NCBI GenBank assembly: GCA_963745835.1
Contig: CAVUZH010000014.1
Span: forward strand, 566,756 to 630,755
From: an uncultured delta proteobacterium
Lineage (GTDB): Bacteria > Desulfobacterota > Binatia > UBA9968
Direction of reading: 5' to 3'
Length of the DNA: 64,000 nucleotides
Part shown: positions 62,294 to 64,000 of the stretch, piece by piece
How the letters are laid out: every line of letters begins with the position of its first letter
Numbering within the stretch: the first letter of the stretch is position 1
The notes under the pieces: generated by a model
The model's input: only the letters and a program-made list of their open reading frames with translations
What the model was told of the DNA's origin: nothing
The model's database searches: none
Position numbers and translations under genes: made by a program

Positions 62294-63526
62294 TTATTTG
62301 CCGCTGTTAACTTGACGCACGAACCGATCATCGAAGAACTGCGCCGGCGCCGCCTGCTTTGCTTCCGGAATTGTTTCCGATAAGAAATCCAGAATACCCT
62401 GAACTCCAGGCTCGGAGGTTACCAGCTCACGTCTAAAACCCGCCCGCCGATAAAACTCATATGTCTTGTTGAGCACGTCGGCATCGGTCTCTTTGGTGTA
62501 TTTGCCGATAACTTTCGTTGCGAAATCTTTGTCGCTGTAGTAGCGCTCAATGCCTGCGCGGACCGAACGTAACAGCGGCACCAGACGCGTGCCGAGCTCC
62601 TCCATGCGGCTGCGCCGTACGACAATGCCGACATTTTGATACGGAACATCCAATAGGTTCACCATCGAGCGAAAGCCGGCACGCTCCAAAAGAAAGCTGG
62701 CCGGTGGCGAGCCCAGTCCACCGACAATCTGTCCACTATGAAGGGCGGCGACCACCTGGGCACTGCTGCCAAGAGGAAATAATTGAACGTCTTTCGGTGT
62801 GAGCCCCATCTTCTTGAGAGCTACCAACGTTCCATAGGCACCGGGCGTGGCCGGCCGGTCGGTGCCGATTATCTTGCCCTTGAGTTGTTCCGCGCTTTTT
62901 ATTTCCGGACGAGAATAAAAGTCCCAAATCATGGTGTTGAGTAAACCCGCAACGAACACGACATCATGGCCGCGCAAAGAAGCGGTAATGACCGGCGCCG
63001 CCGACACCTGAACAGCATCGATCTCATTGGCGATGAGCGCCGGAATGGCGACACTAGACGCCATGGATAAAACCTCGACGTCGATCTTTTCCTTGGCGAA
63101 GCCGCCAATCTCTTTAGCCATCCAGAGCGATGCCATCGTCGCTGACGTGCTGAGATAAGCGACTCTTAAAGGCCGGCTGGCACGCGGAGATAATTGCGCC
63201 AGAGTGATTTGCGGCTCAGTGAATGGAGACAGTGGCGATCGAAGCGAAGGCGCCGCTCCGGCTTCGGCGGTGATAAACATCTCAATGATCATGCCGACAA
63301 TCAATATCGCGCTACGACGAAGCCTGTGCCTCAAAAAAGCTGAAGTAAGAGATTGGCAAGACCCATTGACGATTTTTCGAGGTCTCCGAGGAAGCACTTG
63401 TTGTCTTTCTTGTTTCACTAGTGTGGTGATAAAAACATTAGACTGAATTATCCGCCAAAGTTGCTCCCCAGCAAGATAAAGCAGGTCGAAAACCAAGATC
63501 AAGTAAAACACATCTGCGCTACGCAT
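62294..63526 (-). CDS. NMT1/SsuA-type substrate-binding protein
   Basis: LWMAKEIGGFAKE, QLKGKIIG and QFFDDRFV. The true start is probably downstream, near 63300. Confidence 0.87.
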   Translation of the reverse strand: MRSADVFYLILVFDLLYLAGEQLWRIIQSNVFITTLVKQERQQVLPRRPRKIVNGSCQSLTSAFLRHRLRRSAILIVGMIIEMFITAEAGAAPSLRSPLSPFTEPQITLAQLSPRASRPLRVAYLSTSATMASLWMAKEIGGFAKEKIDVEVLSMASSVAIPALIANEIDAVQVSAAPVITASLRGHDVVFVAGLLNTMIWDFYSRPEIKSAEQLKGKIIGTDRPATPGAYGTLVALKKMGLTPKDVQLFPLGSSAQVVAALHSGQIVGGLGSPPASFLLERAGFRSMVNLLDVPYQNVGIVVRRSRMEELGTRLVPLLRSVRAGIERYYSDKDFATKVIGKYTKETDADVLNKTYEFYRRAGFRRELVTSEPGVQGILDFLSETIPEAKQAAPAQFFDDRFVRQVNSGK

Positions 63527-64000
63527 GGATCGCCGCTTCGTCCACTCACAATCAGCGGAACACAGCTTAAGAGCTTCGTCTCACAAATATCACAATAACT
63601 TGCACGTTCCTGTGAAAGGCTCAATAGCTTGAACTAGTTGAACCGCTCGGCCATGAAGAACGTGCATCGCTCTGCTGTTCGTGTTGCGGTTTGCTCAAAG
63701 ACAGCCGGGCCTGTGGAAGTATCCCAGTTGGTAAACGCCGGCCGGTCTAAGTAATCGGTGACCGTGGGACAGTGCTGCCATATGGAAGTCAGGGTAGAGC
63801 TCAGTGGCGCGGTCAGGTGAGCGAGACGATCGGGGCTTGACGGCCATGAGCGCCTGTCTGCGCCTAGTACACTTCGGTCATAGCGGGTGACGGGTTGTTT
63901 GCAGCAGATAGCTGACGAGCAAAAGAGTAGCGCTGAGGAAAAACCTGGGCGTATGCAAGTTGGAGTTGTGGACTGCCCGCTAGAAGAAGTCGACTCCCTT

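Noticed and set aside
63655-64000. Group II intron 5' end or tRNA
   Set aside because: There is no GTGCG start with recognisable domain I features and no cloverleaf or T-loop motif. It is kept only as an unassigned structured region.

Overview
This is a GC-rich bacterial chromosomal window. The many orphan NMT1/SsuA-type and Bug/TctC solute-binding proteins plus catabolic enzymes suggest a Binatia/Deltaproteobacteria-like metagenome-assembled genome (inference). About a dozen genes carry single-base frameshifts, probably long-read consensus errors. Main results: (1) Two genes have an in-frame TGA at a conserved Cys/Sec position, each followed by a similar SECIS-like hairpin (apex CC-GT[C/T]-GG). 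One is a cobalamin-independent methionine synthase II-family enzyme whose zinc-ligand motif HxCRGN reads HV-TGA-RGN (19148-20269, minus). The other is a GrdB/PrdB-like reductase selenoprotein B carried as an integron gene cassette (27378-28259). (2) An integron spans about 21640-30230 with 11 attC sites (two degenerate), an attI-like site, and only the last ~40 codons of a co-oriented intI. Its cassettes encode a methyltransferase, two HNH-like proteins, a hydrolase, a lipoprotein, orphan BrnT, the selenoprotein, HicBA, LysE and MscS, and a RAYT-like transposase remnant follows the array. (3) A fused 2Fe-2S/Mo-hydroxylase is coupled to an AprBA-like ferredoxin/flavoprotein pair. (4) A UbiD/crotonase/CoA-ligase/TctABC cluster. 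(5) A MITE-like repeat family, putative sigma54 promoters sharing a TGTC-N10-GACA box, and a structured non-coding region at the right edge. No rRNA, tRNA or CRISPR array was seen.
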